From Thraustochytrium aureum (lineage: Eukaryota): a stretch of 64,000 nucleotides of DNA. This document shows positions 32,751-44,007 of the stretch, piece after piece. The translations under genes and the position numbers were made by a program. The stretch is taken from contig BLSG01000411.1 in NCBI GenBank assembly GCA_012862495.1, positions 236,411 through 300,410 on the forward strand. The letters are read 5' to 3'. The notes beneath the pieces are model-generated. The model was not told the origin of the DNA. It saw only the letters and a program-made list of their open reading frames with translations, and did no database searches. The stretch's first letter is position 1, and the number at the start of each line of letters is the position of its first letter.

Positions 32751-33224
32751 ATGACGGACTCCGAGGTTGTCGACGGGCAGGTGAACGCGTTGCAGGACAA
32801 TATTCGCCGCAAGGGACAGAATGCCTACTACTATGCGCACTCGCGTAGCAGTGAAACGGTGAAGAATTACGGCGGTGCGCCGCAGCGCTTGGCCTCTGCG
32901 AGCCCCGCAGACCTGCCCTCTGCGAAACGCAAAGTGCGCATCACCAAGTACAGCTGGGCGGACGGCAAGAAGACGGTCAAGGTGTACGTCCCTACCGAGT
33001 TTGCTGGCGAGGCCCAGGTCGAGGAGAGCGCGGTGCAAGTGGACTGGACCGAGACCTCGTTGACGCTCGTTGTGCAAGACGTCGGCGGCAAGGACTACGA
33101 GCTGGCCTTTCCCAAGCTCCACGACGAGGTCCGCAAGGTTACTCACAAGCTCAAAGAAGACAAGCTCGTGCTGACGCTGTTCAAGGAGACCGAGATTTCG
33201 TGGTTCAAGCTCGTGGACAAGTAA
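32751..33224 (+). CDS. CS-domain (p23/SGT1-like) co-chaperone
   Basis: KGQNAYYYAH N-terminal motif; ITKYSWADGKKTVKVYV...LHDEV...KEDKLVLTLFK...W..L. Confidence 0.85.
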   Translation: MTDSEVVDGQVNALQDNIRRKGQNAYYYAHSRSSETVKNYGGAPQRLASASPADLPSAKRKVRITKYSWADGKKTVKVYVPTEFAGEAQVEESAVQVDWTETSLTLVVQDVGGKDYELAFPKLHDEVRKVTHKLKEDKLVLTLFKETEISWFKLVDK

Positions 33225-33398
33225 GCGCCACGCGCCATGACCTTGGACAAGCAAGCGCAACACGCCATGACCTTGCCATCGGCGCTCGGCGGACAAGGAG
33301 GAAACTGCAGTCAAGATTCTGCTCGCGCTCTCTCGCAGAGGTAGCTTAGAAAGAAGAAGATGATGGTGAATGGCTGCCACATTGCCGCGTTGAGCCCG

Positions 33399-34043
33399 CT
33401 AGTCCGCGTGCGGGCGCCGCTCCGGGGGGCCGACAGGAGCCGCCGGGAACAAGAAAATCAGCAAGCCAGCGAGCAAGACGGTCATTGCCAGACCCGCCGC
33501 GACGAGAGCGCCCCACGCCTGGCCGTACGAAAGGCCATACGACTGCTCCAGCGTCTTTTCGAAAGCCAGGGCGCTCGTCCCGATACCAATGAGCGCGCCT
33601 TTGACGCGGCCAACAGGGCCGAACGGCGACGAAAAGTACGAGAGCGCCTCGCCTTCGTCTGATTGCGCAAATGCCGCGATGGCTGCTTCGTTGCGGCTCC
33701 GGCCAGTGAACTGGCGGACCTGCCCACCGCGCACGCTGAAAATCGTCGGAAACCCCTGAACCGGGAACCGTGCAAGCACACCGGGGTGCGCCGTGCCGTC
33801 CACTTTGGCCACCTTGACCGAGCCTTTGAGCTTGGTCGCAACCGCTTCGTAGATCGGCGCGAGGCTACGACAGTGGCCGCACCACGGCGCGTAAAACTCG
33901 ATCAGCCAGGGCTCACCACCACCCACCAGCTCATCAAAGTTGGCGGTCGTAAGCTCCACGACGTCCGACTTGGCATCCGTCATCGCCGCCAGCGCCATGA
34001 GCGCCATGAGCGCCAACAGCGCCGACCGCAGCGTGCCGCGCAT
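33399..34043 (-). CDS. Thioredoxin/PDI-family membrane protein (TMX-like)
   Basis: Signal peptide, WLIEFYAPWCGHC, VAKVDGT, FPVQGFPTI, C-terminal TM helix. Confidence 0.92.
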   Translation of the reverse strand: MRGTLRSALLALMALMALAAMTDAKSDVVELTTANFDELVGGGEPWLIEFYAPWCGHCRSLAPIYEAVATKLKGSVKVAKVDGTAHPGVLARFPVQGFPTIFSVRGGQVRQFTGRSRNEAAIAAFAQSDEGEALSYFSSPFGPVGRVKGALIGIGTSALAFEKTLEQSYGLSYGQAWGALVAAGLAMTVLLAGLLIFLFPAAPVGPPERRPHAD

Positions 34044-34478
34044 TCTCGATCGCGTGCGTCCAACCCGCTGCGCTCCGCAGCCTCAATGCCCGAGGCAGGC
34101 CCCGCCTTCGCGCTCGCTTCTNNNNNNNNNNNNNNNNNNNNNNNNNNNNNNNNNNNNNNNNNNNNNNNNNNNNNNNNNNNNNNNNNNNNNNNNNNNNNNN
34201 NNNNNNNNNNNNNNNNNNNNNNNNNNNNNNNNNNNNNNNNNNNNNNNNNNNNNNNNNNNNNNNNNNNNNNNNNNNNNNNNNGTGGGCAGACTACCGACGG
34301 AGGAAAGGGAGCTCCAGACTGGCGTCTGCGCGCCTCCATCTTTCTTGTTCGGCCGTGCCAGATCCCCAACTCCTCCGACCTTTTGAGTGTCGGTTGGGCG
34401 CCGCGGCGGCCTCTCGACAGCGCAGGACGCGACCCGCCCGCGCAGGCTGGCAGCAGCGCGGACCAGCTTGGTTGGCTT

Positions 34479-34509
<31 letters not shown>

Positions 34510-34522
34510 GACTGGCTGGCTG
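34479..34522. repeat. (CTGT)n/(CTGG)n microsatellite upstream of the first DGK gene; similar tracts at 37003-37043 and 50561-50594
   Basis: Directly visible. Confidence 0.85.
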
Positions 34523-34674
34523 GCGGCCGGCGGTCGCGGCGGTGCGCGGCGTGGGCGCGTGACGCGCTGGTGGTGGTCGCAGCTGTGCCGTGTACCGACC
34601 TACTTAGCTGATCGCGCCCGTAGAGCGCGCCGTAACTGCTCGGGCGCGCGCCGCGGCCGGCGGAGACCGCAAAC

Positions 34675-36540
34675 ATGGGCTGCGCCGGGTCGCATCCTGC
34701 AGCAGCGGCTGCCAGCAGAGCGCAAGCGCCTGTTCAAGCCGGCCAAGGAGACGGAGCAGCGGAGACGCACATTTTCTTGGCTGTGAACGGGTCCTCCGGA
34801 GGCCAGAGCGCCGCGCAACTGCTCGACATGGCCCTGCCCAAGTTTCAGGTCGAGCTCCGAGAGGGCGTGGAGGCATGGGTGCATGTCTTCAACCTTAAAG
34901 TAGAGGCCAAGCGCGAGGCTAACATGCGGCTGCTGGCCGACTTGGCCAACGACCCGAACGCCAACCACGACGTCCGCATCGTGGCTTGCGGCGGGGACGG
35001 CACGGTCAAGTGGGTGATCTCGCTGCTGTCGCAGGTCAGCGCATTGCACGTGCCGATCGGCGTGATTCCCTTCGGAACCGGCAACGACCTCGCTCGCGTA
35101 ATGGGCTGGGGAGCAAAGCCGCCGAGTCCCCTCATCGGCGTGGCGCTCAAGGCGCTCCGCGGGCGGCTGCGAATGATCTATGACGCGGAACGCATCCCGC
35201 TTGACGTCTGGATCTGCTCGGTCGAGCTGCGCGAGTCGGACCGAGCCAAGTTCGAGGAAGTCAAGGACAAGAAGATAGTGGTCACGAACCAAGGGCGGCG
35301 TTCCATCTCGCAAGAAATGATCAACTACTTCTCCATCGGCGCCGATGGCGAGCTCATGTTTGCGTTTGAGCAGAACCGGAGGAAGACCCAGTTCGGGAAC
35401 AAGACCGTGTACGCGGAGAAGGGCCTTCTCCAGGCGGTGTTGCCCCCCCCGACGCTCAAAACGTTTGTTGACTCTGCAGTTCAAAGCGCAGACGCAGTTG
35501 CGCCCGCCAGTCTGACGGCAGTTGAGGCGGCAGAGGACGTCGCTAGGGCTCGAGGCAGCGCGGGCAGTGCGGCTGCAGAGGGCGCTGTGTCTGAAGGCGT
35601 CGCTGAGGCGGCAGCAGAGGCTGCGGCCTTGGAGGACGTTGCTCAGCCTGAGGAGGCCAGCGGCGTTGCTGCAGGGCGATCTGCGCGGCCGCTCGCGTTC
35701 AAGCCTGGGGACCGTCAGCTTCTCTTCCTGAACATCCCTAGCTATGGCGCTGGCGCCGACCCATGGCGCCGATCCGGGGATGCCAAGGGCAAGTCGAAGC
35801 GCGGGCTGCAGGCCCAGTACGTTGGAGACCGCAAGGTGGAGGTCCTTTCGGTGAAGAGCACCGCCAACGTGGGCATTTCGCTCACGACAGGCATCAAGGC
35901 TGGGATCCACCGCATCGTGCAGGGGTCGGCCTTTGAGGTCTCCTTCAAGCCAGGTTCAGACGTCTACTTTCAAGTGGACGGCGAGGCGCTCAAGGCAAGC
36001 GACGCGGAGAGGGTCTCGGTGCGCCACGGGTATCAAGTGCAGTTGCTTCGTGCCAAGAAGGCCAAGGCCCGCTCGTTCCCTCACGGGGAGGAGCCGCAGG
36101 GGCTCGGGCTGTTGCCCGGCCAGATTGTCGCCCCAACTGTGCGTCCCGACGCGGCCCTCTCGCCCTCGGACGTGGAGCCCAGAGTCCCGAGCGCTGCCGC
36201 GGTCGACGATGGAGCCGTCGTTGCCCCGGACGCCGCCAGCGAGGACGCTGCCAGCGACGGGGCTCCATCTGAACCGCCTCAGGTTGATGCGCCGCCTCGC
36301 GTGGCCGACCTCCCAGCGGGAGGTCCAAGCGATGAGGAGTCGAGGGCGGGCACAAGCCCAGATGTAGTAGCCTCAGGCTCTGACGCAAGTGAGGCTGAAA
36401 GCAAGGGCGTCCCGAACGCCGAGTCCACGATCCTCGCGGTCGACAGCGATCCTGTCGGCACGGGGAACGGGATGGAGCTCGCCAAGTCCGAGTTGACCCC
36501 GAGCCAAGAAGCGATTGAGCTCGGCCCCACCTTGCAGTAG
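34675..36540 (+). CDS. Diacylglycerol kinase (catalytic + accessory domains), MGC N-terminal acylation motif
   Basis: [70 protein letters not shown]. Confidence 0.93.
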   Translation: MGCAGSHPAAAAASRAQAPVQAGQGDGAAETHIFLAVNGSSGGQSAAQLLDMALPKFQVELREGVEAWVHVFNLKVEAKREANMRLLADLANDPNANHDVRIVACGGDGTVKWVISLLSQVSALHVPIGVIPFGTGNDLARVMGWGAKPPSPLIGVALKALRGRLRMIYDAERIPLDVWICSVELRESDRAKFEEVKDKKIVVTNQGRRSISQEMINYFSIGADGELMFAFEQNRRKTQFGNKTVYAEKGLLQAVLPPPTLKTFVDSAVQSADAVAPASLTAVEAAEDVARARGSAGSAAAEGAVSEGVAEAAAEAAALEDVAQPEEASGVAAGRSARPLAFKPGDRQLLFLNIPSYGAGADPWRRSGDAKGKSKRGLQAQYVGDRKVEVLSVKSTANVGISLTTGIKAGIHRIVQGSAFEVSFKPGSDVYFQVDGEALKASDAERVSVRHGYQVQLLRAKKAKARSFPHGEEPQGLGLLPGQIVAPTVRPDAALSPSDVEPRVPSAAAVDDGAVVAPDAASEDAASDGAPSEPPQVDAPPRVADLPAGGPSDEESRAGTSPDVVASGSDASEAESKGVPNAESTILAVDSDPVGTGNGMELAKSELTPSQEAIELGPTLQ

Positions 36541-37554
36541 GGTGGTGGCTCGTCGCCATGCGTACATCCATAGGGTGGCGGATTCCACCTCCTTACCTAC
36601 CCAGCTCGCAGGGTGGCGGCGGCTGCACACTTTGGTGGACGGACCAAAACCTTGCGCTCGCGGAGTGCAGTCACTGCAGTTCCTCGCTTTGTCTTTCTTT
36701 CTCTTGTCTTTTCTTTCCTCTGCTCCTCCGCGTCCATGAAAGGAGAGGCAAAACCCAGATGGTAAAAGTAAAACCTCAGGCAGGGTTTTCTCGCGAAGCA
36801 GCGGCGCTTGCTCGCAAGACAAGCGAAGGACGCGGCCGCCGCCAGCTGGCTGCCTGCTGGAGGCAGGAAAGCAGTGCGGCAGGTCGTGGCCTGCCTGNNN
36901 NNNNNNNNNNNNNNNNNNNNNNNNNNNNNNNNNNNNNNNNNNNNNNNNNNNNNNNNNNNNNNNNNNNNNNNNNNNNNNNNNNNNNNNNNNNNNNNNNNNN
37001 NCTGTGCGTCTGCCTGTCTGTCTGTCTGTCTGTCTGTCTGTCTGCCCCTGCGCGGCCAGCATCAAAGCAGCAACCCGATGAGCGGGGTGAGTTGTTGTTT
37101 CCTACCGCCTCCACTCGCAGCGCTTGTTCTTCGGGCACCGTGAAGCACACCTACCTGCCAACTCACCTACGCTAGCACTCTAGCTCAAGAGAGTACGTGC
37201 GTGCGCTGCCGTACTTACTCCGGAGTACTTCCAGCGTGCCAGAGGGTGCCGTTGGACTCTCCTCCCGCCCCTCCACGCACAGCTATCTCGCGCCCGCCTC
37301 ACTCGCTGCTCGCTGCCGCAGGCTGAGTGGGCGATTGGCGTGCAGTTTTGGCTTGGCCGAGGCAACCAGCGCAAGATGCTGCTCGAGCGCAGACCCGCAA
37401 CTGGAAGCGTGCTGAGGGCAACCCGCGAGCGAGCTGGACGAGACGTGGACGAGGCGTGGACGAGACGTGGACGAGACGCGGTCGAGCTAGAGAGAGCACG
37501 GCGCCCCGGGGCTGGCTGGCCGGTTGAAGCGTCTTCTTTGGGCGGGCGGGCAGG

Positions 37555-39333
37555 ATGAAGGTCTCCAAGTCGAGGCTGGCGAGCGCTCTGTTCGTGTTCC
37601 TGGTCGTCTATATCGTCGGGATTGCGCTCAACACGGTGCTGCGGTTTCGCAACACCCCCGTGGACGAGTGGTCATGGGTGGGCGGTGTGCGGCCCACTAG
37701 CGCGGAGATGCGCATCCGCGGGCCGAACGGCGCCAAGCGCACCCTGGTTGTGTCCACCGCCTCCGACTTGATCAACAAGGGCGCTCGCGTCCTGGAACGC
37801 GAGCTCGAGTTTTCCGGCGACGTAGACGTTGTGCCGGTCAGCCTGACGGGGCTCGCCCCGAAGACAAAGTACTATTATGGGCACCTGGATGAAGCTGGCG
37901 AGCTGACCTGGAACGGGAGCTTTTCGACGCCGGCCCCAGACGGCGAGCGCATGAACTTTAAGGTAGCGGCGGCGGGTTGCGCACTGACGGGGTCCAGCGC
38001 CAGCATTTTCAGCGACATCGCTGCCCATGAGCCGTTCATGATGCTGCACGCGGGCGACCTCCACTATGCCGACATTGCCGATGCGGGCACACTGGACGAG
38101 CGCGTCAACGTCATGGGCCGTGTGCTTGGCAGTTCGTCGACGCGTAGCCTGTATGCGAACACCGCGATGGCGTACATGTGGGATGATCACGACTTTTGCG
38201 GCAACAACCGCAATGCGGACTGCCCCGGGAGCGTTGACGCACGCAAGTCGTACCAGAAGGCTTTCCCTCACTATCCTCTTGCTGGAATCGCGGCTCTCAA
38301 CACGAGCGCGCCAGCTGACGGTCTGTACGACGTGGCGCCGTACCAAAGCTTCACCATCGGCACAGTGCGCTTTGTGCTCACCGACCTGCGCAGCGAAGCC
38401 GTAGAGTCGACGGAGGACTCGCCCGGGTCCATCATGAGCGAGGCTCAGCGCGAATTCCTTTACGACGAGCTCCGCAACTCGGACCAGTTCGACTTTGTGG
38501 TGTGGCTCTCGAGCAAGCCGTGGGTCGGCCCGGAAGAGATCGGCGGGGACAACTGGCAGGGTTGGACAACCGACCGCCGAGCGCTCAGCGACGTGATCGC
38601 AGAGTACGTCGGAAAAAGGAAGCAAAACCTGTTTGTGGTTTCCAGCGACGCGCACATGGTCGCCTTTGACGACGGGAGCAACACCGACTACTCGACGAAC
38701 AAGTCTGCTCCTGCGGGGTTTCCGCTGCTGCAGAGCGGCCCGCTGCACAACATTGGTTCTATCAAGGGTGGTCCGTTCTCCGAAGGTTGCTTCACCTACA
38801 CCGGGCAGATGAACCACCAGTTCTCTATTCTCGAGTTTACCGAGGAAAGCGGAACGGGGACACCGTGCATCAGTGTCAAGTCGTACCGCCGCCTGTCTGA
38901 CGGCACGAACGTCCTCATCTTTGAGCGTCGCATGTGCGGGGAGATTATGAAGTCGGGAGACGCTGACAATTCACCGGTTGGGACCTGCTCGGCGGGGCTG
39001 TTTGCGCCAGTCTCTGTTGTGCTCTTCAGCCTTTGGGCCCCTGCAGTTGCGGGCATCATTTTCGTAGGCATGCGCGTTTTGCAGTCGCGCCGCGAAGCCT
39101 TGCTGACTGGGGCGCTTGTGACTGGGTTCTTGGCTCTGTGTTTTGGGGCTGGCGTCGGCGTGCCGTTGGTCATTTACACTGTGCGTCGGGTGTTTCACAT
39201 CGATCCGTTTGCCATCGGGGTCTCTGGGCTCGTCTTGTGCTCGTGCGTGTACATTTACCTCATCTTCGTTTTCCGTAGCCGCCAAGACTCGGTGGAGCTT
39301 GTCGGGGGTAGGTCTAGCAGCAAGTCCGTTTAG
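37555..39333 (+). CDS. PhoD-family alkaline phosphatase/phosphodiesterase, membrane-anchored at both ends
   Basis: LTGLAPKTKYYY, HAGDLHYAD, MWDDHD, LTDLRS, SSDAHM; N-terminal TM and three C-terminal TM segments. Confidence 0.9.
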   Translation: MKVSKSRLASALFVFLVVYIVGIALNTVLRFRNTPVDEWSWVGGVRPTSAEMRIRGPNGAKRTLVVSTASDLINKGARVLERELEFSGDVDVVPVSLTGLAPKTKYYYGHLDEAGELTWNGSFSTPAPDGERMNFKVAAAGCALTGSSASIFSDIAAHEPFMMLHAGDLHYADIADAGTLDERVNVMGRVLGSSSTRSLYANTAMAYMWDDHDFCGNNRNADCPGSVDARKSYQKAFPHYPLAGIAALNTSAPADGLYDVAPYQSFTIGTVRFVLTDLRSEAVESTEDSPGSIMSEAQREFLYDELRNSDQFDFVVWLSSKPWVGPEEIGGDNWQGWTTDRRALSDVIAEYVGKRKQNLFVVSSDAHMVAFDDGSNTDYSTNKSAPAGFPLLQSGPLHNIGSIKGGPFSEGCFTYTGQMNHQFSILEFTEESGTGTPCISVKSYRRLSDGTNVLIFERRMCGEIMKSGDADNSPVGTCSAGLFAPVSVVLFSLWAPAVAGIIFVGMRVLQSRREALLTGALVTGFLALCFGAGVGVPLVIYTVRRVFHIDPFAIGVSGLVLCSCVYIYLIFVFRSRQDSVELVGGRSSSKSV

Positions 39334-39507
39334 CCGTAGCCGTTCCGTACACGTTTATAAAAAAATTATAAAAAGAATCGCGCGCCTGCGCCGTTTGCAA
39401 GCCGTGGCTGGACGGGGCTGGCCGCCCAATGTTCATGCAAGGGAGAAACCAAACGATTACTCTTCAATCAAATAACGCAAAATCCATGCCTCGCTGCCCG
39501 CGCAGCC

Positions 39508-40195
39508 TCACTTGAACAGCTTGAACTTGAACTTGTGGTGCTTGGGCTTGTAGTGCTTGTACTTGGCGTGCCCGTACCCGACGTGGCCCGGCGTTGGTTG
39601 GTAGATCACGTTGACTTGGTGCGGTGGCGCCGGCACCGGCTGGTATATTATGGTTTGCTGCTGCGGCGGGGGCGGCAAGTGGACCACGTTCGGCTGCTGG
39701 GGCGCCATCTGGTTGAACTGGGCGTTGTTGTATGTGTTGCTGGTGTACGCTGTGTTGTTCGAGTAGTAATAGCTGTTGCCTGGCGGGGCCGGCACAGGAT
39801 AGCCGCTCGGGTGCGGAGGGGGCGGAATGGCCTGCGCTTGCGGCACGCCGTACGCAGGAGCAACCGGCAGGCCGACAGCCGGCGGTCCGCCATAGCCAGG
39901 GATAGCTGGCACGGCGTTCGTCGTTGGGTAGCTCGGAGCCGACGGCTGCGAGCTCGACGTGCCTGCGCTCGGCACGCTAGGTATGCTCGGGTACAGAGGC
40001 TTGTGTGCTGCACTTGGGATGCTCGGAAACGCAGAGACGCTCGGCGCGCTCGGCACTGGCGCCAGTGGAATCTCTGCAGCCATTGGCGCCGACGGGACGT
40101 CGCCACTAAACGTCTCCCGAAGCACTTGCTTCCCGCTCTGCGCCAGCGCGTCGTTGCTCTTCGGCTTCGCCCTCGTCGTCGATGCCGCCGGCTGC

Positions 40196-40240
<45 letters not shown>

Positions 40241-40368
40241 GGCGGCGGCGGCGGGGCCGTCGGAAGATACGAATTCTGCGCCGCAGCCGTGGGCGAGGGC
40301 AAGCTCGGCGCCCACGAGCCGCGATACCTCGGCGCCTCGTCCTGTCCCGAGCCCATGGCTTGGTCCAC
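39508..40368 (-). CDS. Low-complexity Pro/Gln/Tyr-rich protein with poly-Q tract and basic-aromatic C-terminal tail
   Basis: PSAP/PSIP repeats, poly-Q encoded by the CTG tract at ~40198-40240, tail GYGHAKYKHYKPKHHKFKFKLFK. Confidence 0.75.
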
Positions 40369-41240
40369 GAAACGCAGCGCGCTCCAAGTCGCACTGCTAG
40401 CTCAGCCGCGCTCCGAGTCGCACTTTNNNNNNNNNNNNNNNNNNNNNNNNNNNNNNNNNNNNNNNNNNNNNNNNNNNNNNNNNNNNNNNNNNNNNNNNNN
40501 NNNNNNNNNNNNNNNNNNNNNNNNNNNNNNNNNNNNNNNNNNNNNNNNNNNNNNNNNNNNNNNNNNNNNNNNNNNNNNNNNNNNNNNNNNNNNNNNNNNN
40601 NNNNNNNNNNNNNNNNNNNNNNNNNNNNNNNNNNNNNNNNNNNNNNNNNNNNNNNNNNNNNNNNNNNNNNNNGGTGCGCGCGTGTTTCTATGAACCTTCG
40701 GGGAGGTGCGCGCGTGTTTCTCTGCGTCACGGAAGAGTGCGCGCGTGTTTCTCTAAGTGCAGGGTTGGGCGCCTGCACGTGCTCGGGGGCAGGCCATGTA
40801 GGTGCACACTGCACCTTTCGCGCGCAAGTAGTTGGTCCGGCCCGGCGCTGCGCGCGAGTGCAGAGTCCCTTTCGGTCGCGGCGTGGTTTAGCCGGCGTGG
40901 AGGCTGCACGATACTTGCTCAACCTCTCGCCAGGCTCGGGTGCGCGTCGCTGGCAGCGCTCTCGCTTGCGCTCTTGTGATTGGTTGATTGATCAAGAAGG
41001 AGACGCACTTGGCTTCGGACGCGAACGACTTGCATGCAGTGCGCAGCAGGCAAGCACCTCAAGCGGACACAGGAGCGACGCTGCGACGAAAGCTGACTTG
41101 ATATCCCAATAGCAAGGCCAGGCGGGCGTCCGTGGCTTTGCTCTTGCTCCAGTTGAGTCAGTTCAGTGAGGGCGCGGGCTGGCTGGTGGTCGGGCTCGCG
41201 AGGCGATAACTATTGGCGCCAAGCCAGCCGACCCCTGGGA

Positions 41241-41795
41241 ATGAAGCGCGGCGGGGGGCTCGAAGCAGCACGGGAGCGCGCCAAGAGGAGCAGTGCGACA
41301 CTCGCGCTGGGGAGCGGGTTTGCGACGGGCGTGTTGGTGCTAACAGTTGTGGCGCGCGACTGGGTACCAGAAGGGAGCAACGCGTTGTTTGTCTCGCTTG
41401 GCGTGGTTCAGGCGGTGGTTTGGCTGGTCGCAGGGTTTAGCTACCGAGCAGCAGCGCAGCAGTCGGGCGAGACGCTCTTCGCAGCTTTCGCGGCGTGCAT
41501 TGCGCTGTTCGCGGCGGGCCTTGGCGTCCTCGCTTTGATCCCCCTAGGCGTGGCCAATGCGTACGGGCTTGGTGCTGGGAAGGGCCCATTGGCCGCTTCA
41601 CAACGCATCATTGGTGTGCTCCACGTCTCGAGCCTGGTCGTCTTTGTCGGCTTTTCTGTGTTCAGCATGTACCTGCTTCAAATGGAGTTCGCCGCCAGCC
41701 CGAAGGCGACTGTCGCCGCCGTGCACTCCGGCCCGCAAGGTGGTCCCGACCGGGCCCCACCTCTTCCTCCGAAGGTGTTTGTAGCCGGACCGTGA
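41241..41795 (+). CDS. Small 4-TM membrane protein
   Basis: ATG 41241; four hydrophobic segments; C-terminal PPLPPK motif. Confidence 0.65.
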   Translation: MKRGGGLEAARERAKRSSATLALGSGFATGVLVLTVVARDWVPEGSNALFVSLGVVQAVVWLVAGFSYRAAAQQSGETLFAAFAACIALFAAGLGVLALIPLGVANAYGLGAGKGPLAASQRIIGVLHVSSLVVFVGFSVFSMYLLQMEFAASPKATVAAVHSGPQGGPDRAPPLPPKVFVAGP

Positions 41796-41861
41796 TGGCC
41801 AGGCAGAGTGATGATAAGACGATATGTGTTTGCTCTTCTAAGCTGCGACTCAAGCTTGCGT

Positions 41862-43184
41862 TCAAGCCAATACCCTGGCGACACCATGCAACTCCGAGAG
41901 CGCTGGCTGAAACTTGATCGTTTGTCGCCCAAAACCGTTGCGCACAAAAAGCAGTGCAGATTNNNNNNNNNNNNNNNNNNNNNNNNNNNNNNNNNNNNNN
42001 NNNNNNNNNNNNNNNNNNNNNNNNNNNNNNNNNNNNNNNNNNNNNNNNNNNNNNNNNNNNNNNNNNNNNNNNNNNNNNNNNNNNNNNNNNNNNNNNNNNN
42101 NNNNNNNNNNNNNNNNNNNNNNNNNNNNNNNNNNNNNNNNNNNNNNNNNNNNNNNNNNNNNNNNNNNNNNNNNNNNNNNNNNNNNNNNNNNNNNNNNNNN
42201 NNNNNNNNNNNNNNNNNNNNNNNNNNNNNNNNNNNNNNNNNNNNNNNNNNNNNNNNNNNNNNNNNNNNNNNNNNNNNNNNNNNNNNNNNNNNNNNNNNNN
42301 NNNNNNNNNNNNNNNNNNNNNNNNNNNNNNNNNNNNNNNNNNNAACTTCCGTGCCCACAGATGTGCCCGGCCAACATTCGAACACTACATGCAGAGACGC
42401 AATCCGCATACCTAAGCACGAGTTGCTCGGCAGCTAACTTGCTCTCGGCAGTCGAGTTTGGGCTGACAAGGATCGAGCATATCTGTACCGACTTTGGCAC
42501 TCTCTGGTTTCTCTTCATCTCCTGGCACGAGTGCCATTTGTGGACCATTCCTGACGCAACCCGTGGCAGCGACTTGCGCATCATTGTCACGGTTTCGCTA
42601 CTGAGCCATCCTTTGTGGCCCTGCTCGATGCCGGCGTGAAGGGGGAGGTGATTATAGCGCAGCCCGCGTGCACACGAGTCGACGCTCTTGCCAATCCTAA
42701 CTCTGAGCGCGAGCTTTTCAAGCGCCGAAAACTCATTGGTCATGTTCTCCTTCGCCGAACGAGCAATCTGTTCATCGCATTTGTACATGAGTGTGTTGTA
42801 CAGAAAAGTCGTGCCGGTCTTCGGAATGTGGAGCCATTCGATTCTCTGGGGCGCTCGGGGATGGGCAGATTGCCGCAGGAACGCGGGCTGCAAGTCCTTT
42901 GGCTCATCCTGCGATGAGTTGGCGGTCCCACTCGGGCTGTGTTCGGATTCTACATCCAAGGAGATGAGCTTTGGTGTCGCGGGTAAATCTGTGCCCCTCC
43001 CCTCGTTCACTGTCTCGCCAGCGTCGGCCAGCACTTGCCCAACACCGCGACCAACTTGATAAGGCGCGCTCGGCCACCCTGCGAGCTGGACGGGCTTGAG
43101 TGTGACCAGCACAGCAGCGACAACGAGGCAAAGCATCGCTTTCACACCAGAGCCGCACGACGGCCTCGTCGGAAACTTCTTCAT
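41862..43184 (-). CDS. Type II membrane sulfotransferase-like protein, copy 1 (interrupted by gap; 3' end uncertain)
   Basis: N-terminal TM (MLCLVVAAVLVTL), 5'-PAPS-binding-like WLHIPKTGTTF, VTMMRKSLPRVASG corresponding to the RxPxxRxxS element. Confidence 0.7.
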   Translation of the reverse strand: MKKFPTRPSCGSGVKAMLCLVVAAVLVTLKPVQLAGWPSAPYQVGRGVGQVLADAGETVNEGRGTDLPATPKLISLDVESEHSPSGTANSSQDEPKDLQPAFLRQSAHPRAPQRIEWLHIPKTGTTFLYNTLMYKCDEQIARSAKENMTNEFSALEKLALRVRIGKSVDSCARGLRYNHLPLHAGIEQGHKGWLSSETVTMMRKSLPRVASGMVHKWHSCQEMKRNQRVPKSVQICSILVSPNSTAESKLAAEQLVLRYADCVSACSVRMLAGHICGHGSXXXXXXXXXXXXXXXXXXXXXXXXXXXXXXXXXXXXXXXXXXXXXXXXXXXXXXXXXXXXXXXXXXXXXXXXXXXXXXXXXXXXXXXXXXXXXXXXXXXXXXXXXXXXXXXXXXXXXXXXXXXXXXXXSALLFVRNGFGRQTIKFQPALSELHGVARVLA

Positions 43185-43546
43185 GCTTAGCCACGCCAGC
43201 CAAGCCCGGTTCGGCGGCGCTCGCCCACGCGACACTGCCGTAAAGTGCTCCACTCCGAGCGTTCGTTCCTGCTGCTGGCGAGCTGCGGCACTGTCCGAGT
43301 CCGTGTCGCCCAGACGCTTGCTGCTCCGAGCAGGGAAGGGACTCTGGACACATTCGTCCCTCGTTTGGGCCACACAGAGTACTCCAGGAACTCTCTGTTT
43401 TTAAAAGAGTAAGGTACGTAAACTCATCAGGAGTACGTACTTAGCCGCCCAGGCCTTTTTTAGCCGAGGTGTTTTAGGGGGGAACTGCCTTTCACAGGGT
43501 TCTTAATTGCTGTGTTGCATCCTCGCCTCGTCCTCGCCTTTGACGT

Positions 43547-44007
43547 GCGTGGGCAATGCGTACGGGCTTGGTGCTGGGAAGGGCCCATTGGCCGCTTCAC
43601 AACGCATCATTGGTGTGCTCCACGTCTCGAGCCGGGTCGTCTTTGTCGGCTTTTCTGTGTTCAACATGTGCTTGCTTCAAATGGAGTTCGCCGCCAGCCC
43701 GAAGGCGACTGTCGCCGCCGTGCACTCCGGCCCGCAAGGTGGTCCCGACCGGGCCCCACCTCTTCCTCCGAAGGCGTTTGTAGCCGGACCGTGATGGCCA
43801 GGCAGAGTGATTCCGTGATGGCCTGGCAAAGTGATGATAAGACGAGATATGTTTGCTCTTCTACGCTGCGACTCCAGCTTGTTTTCACGCGTTCTTGAGA
43901 TACCGTTGGCGCGAGCTTCACCCAATACCCTGGCGACACCCTGCAACTCCGAGAGCGCTGGCTGGAATTTGATCGTTTGTCGCCCAACACAGTTGCATAC
44001 AAAAAAA
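43547..44007 (+). pseudogene. Truncated duplicate of the 4-TM gene 3' half plus the sulfotransferase 3' end
   Basis: Near-identical to 41548-41962. Lacks the 5' half and ATG of the 4-TM gene and carries an extra ~24-bp tandem duplication near 43792-43836. Confidence 0.8.
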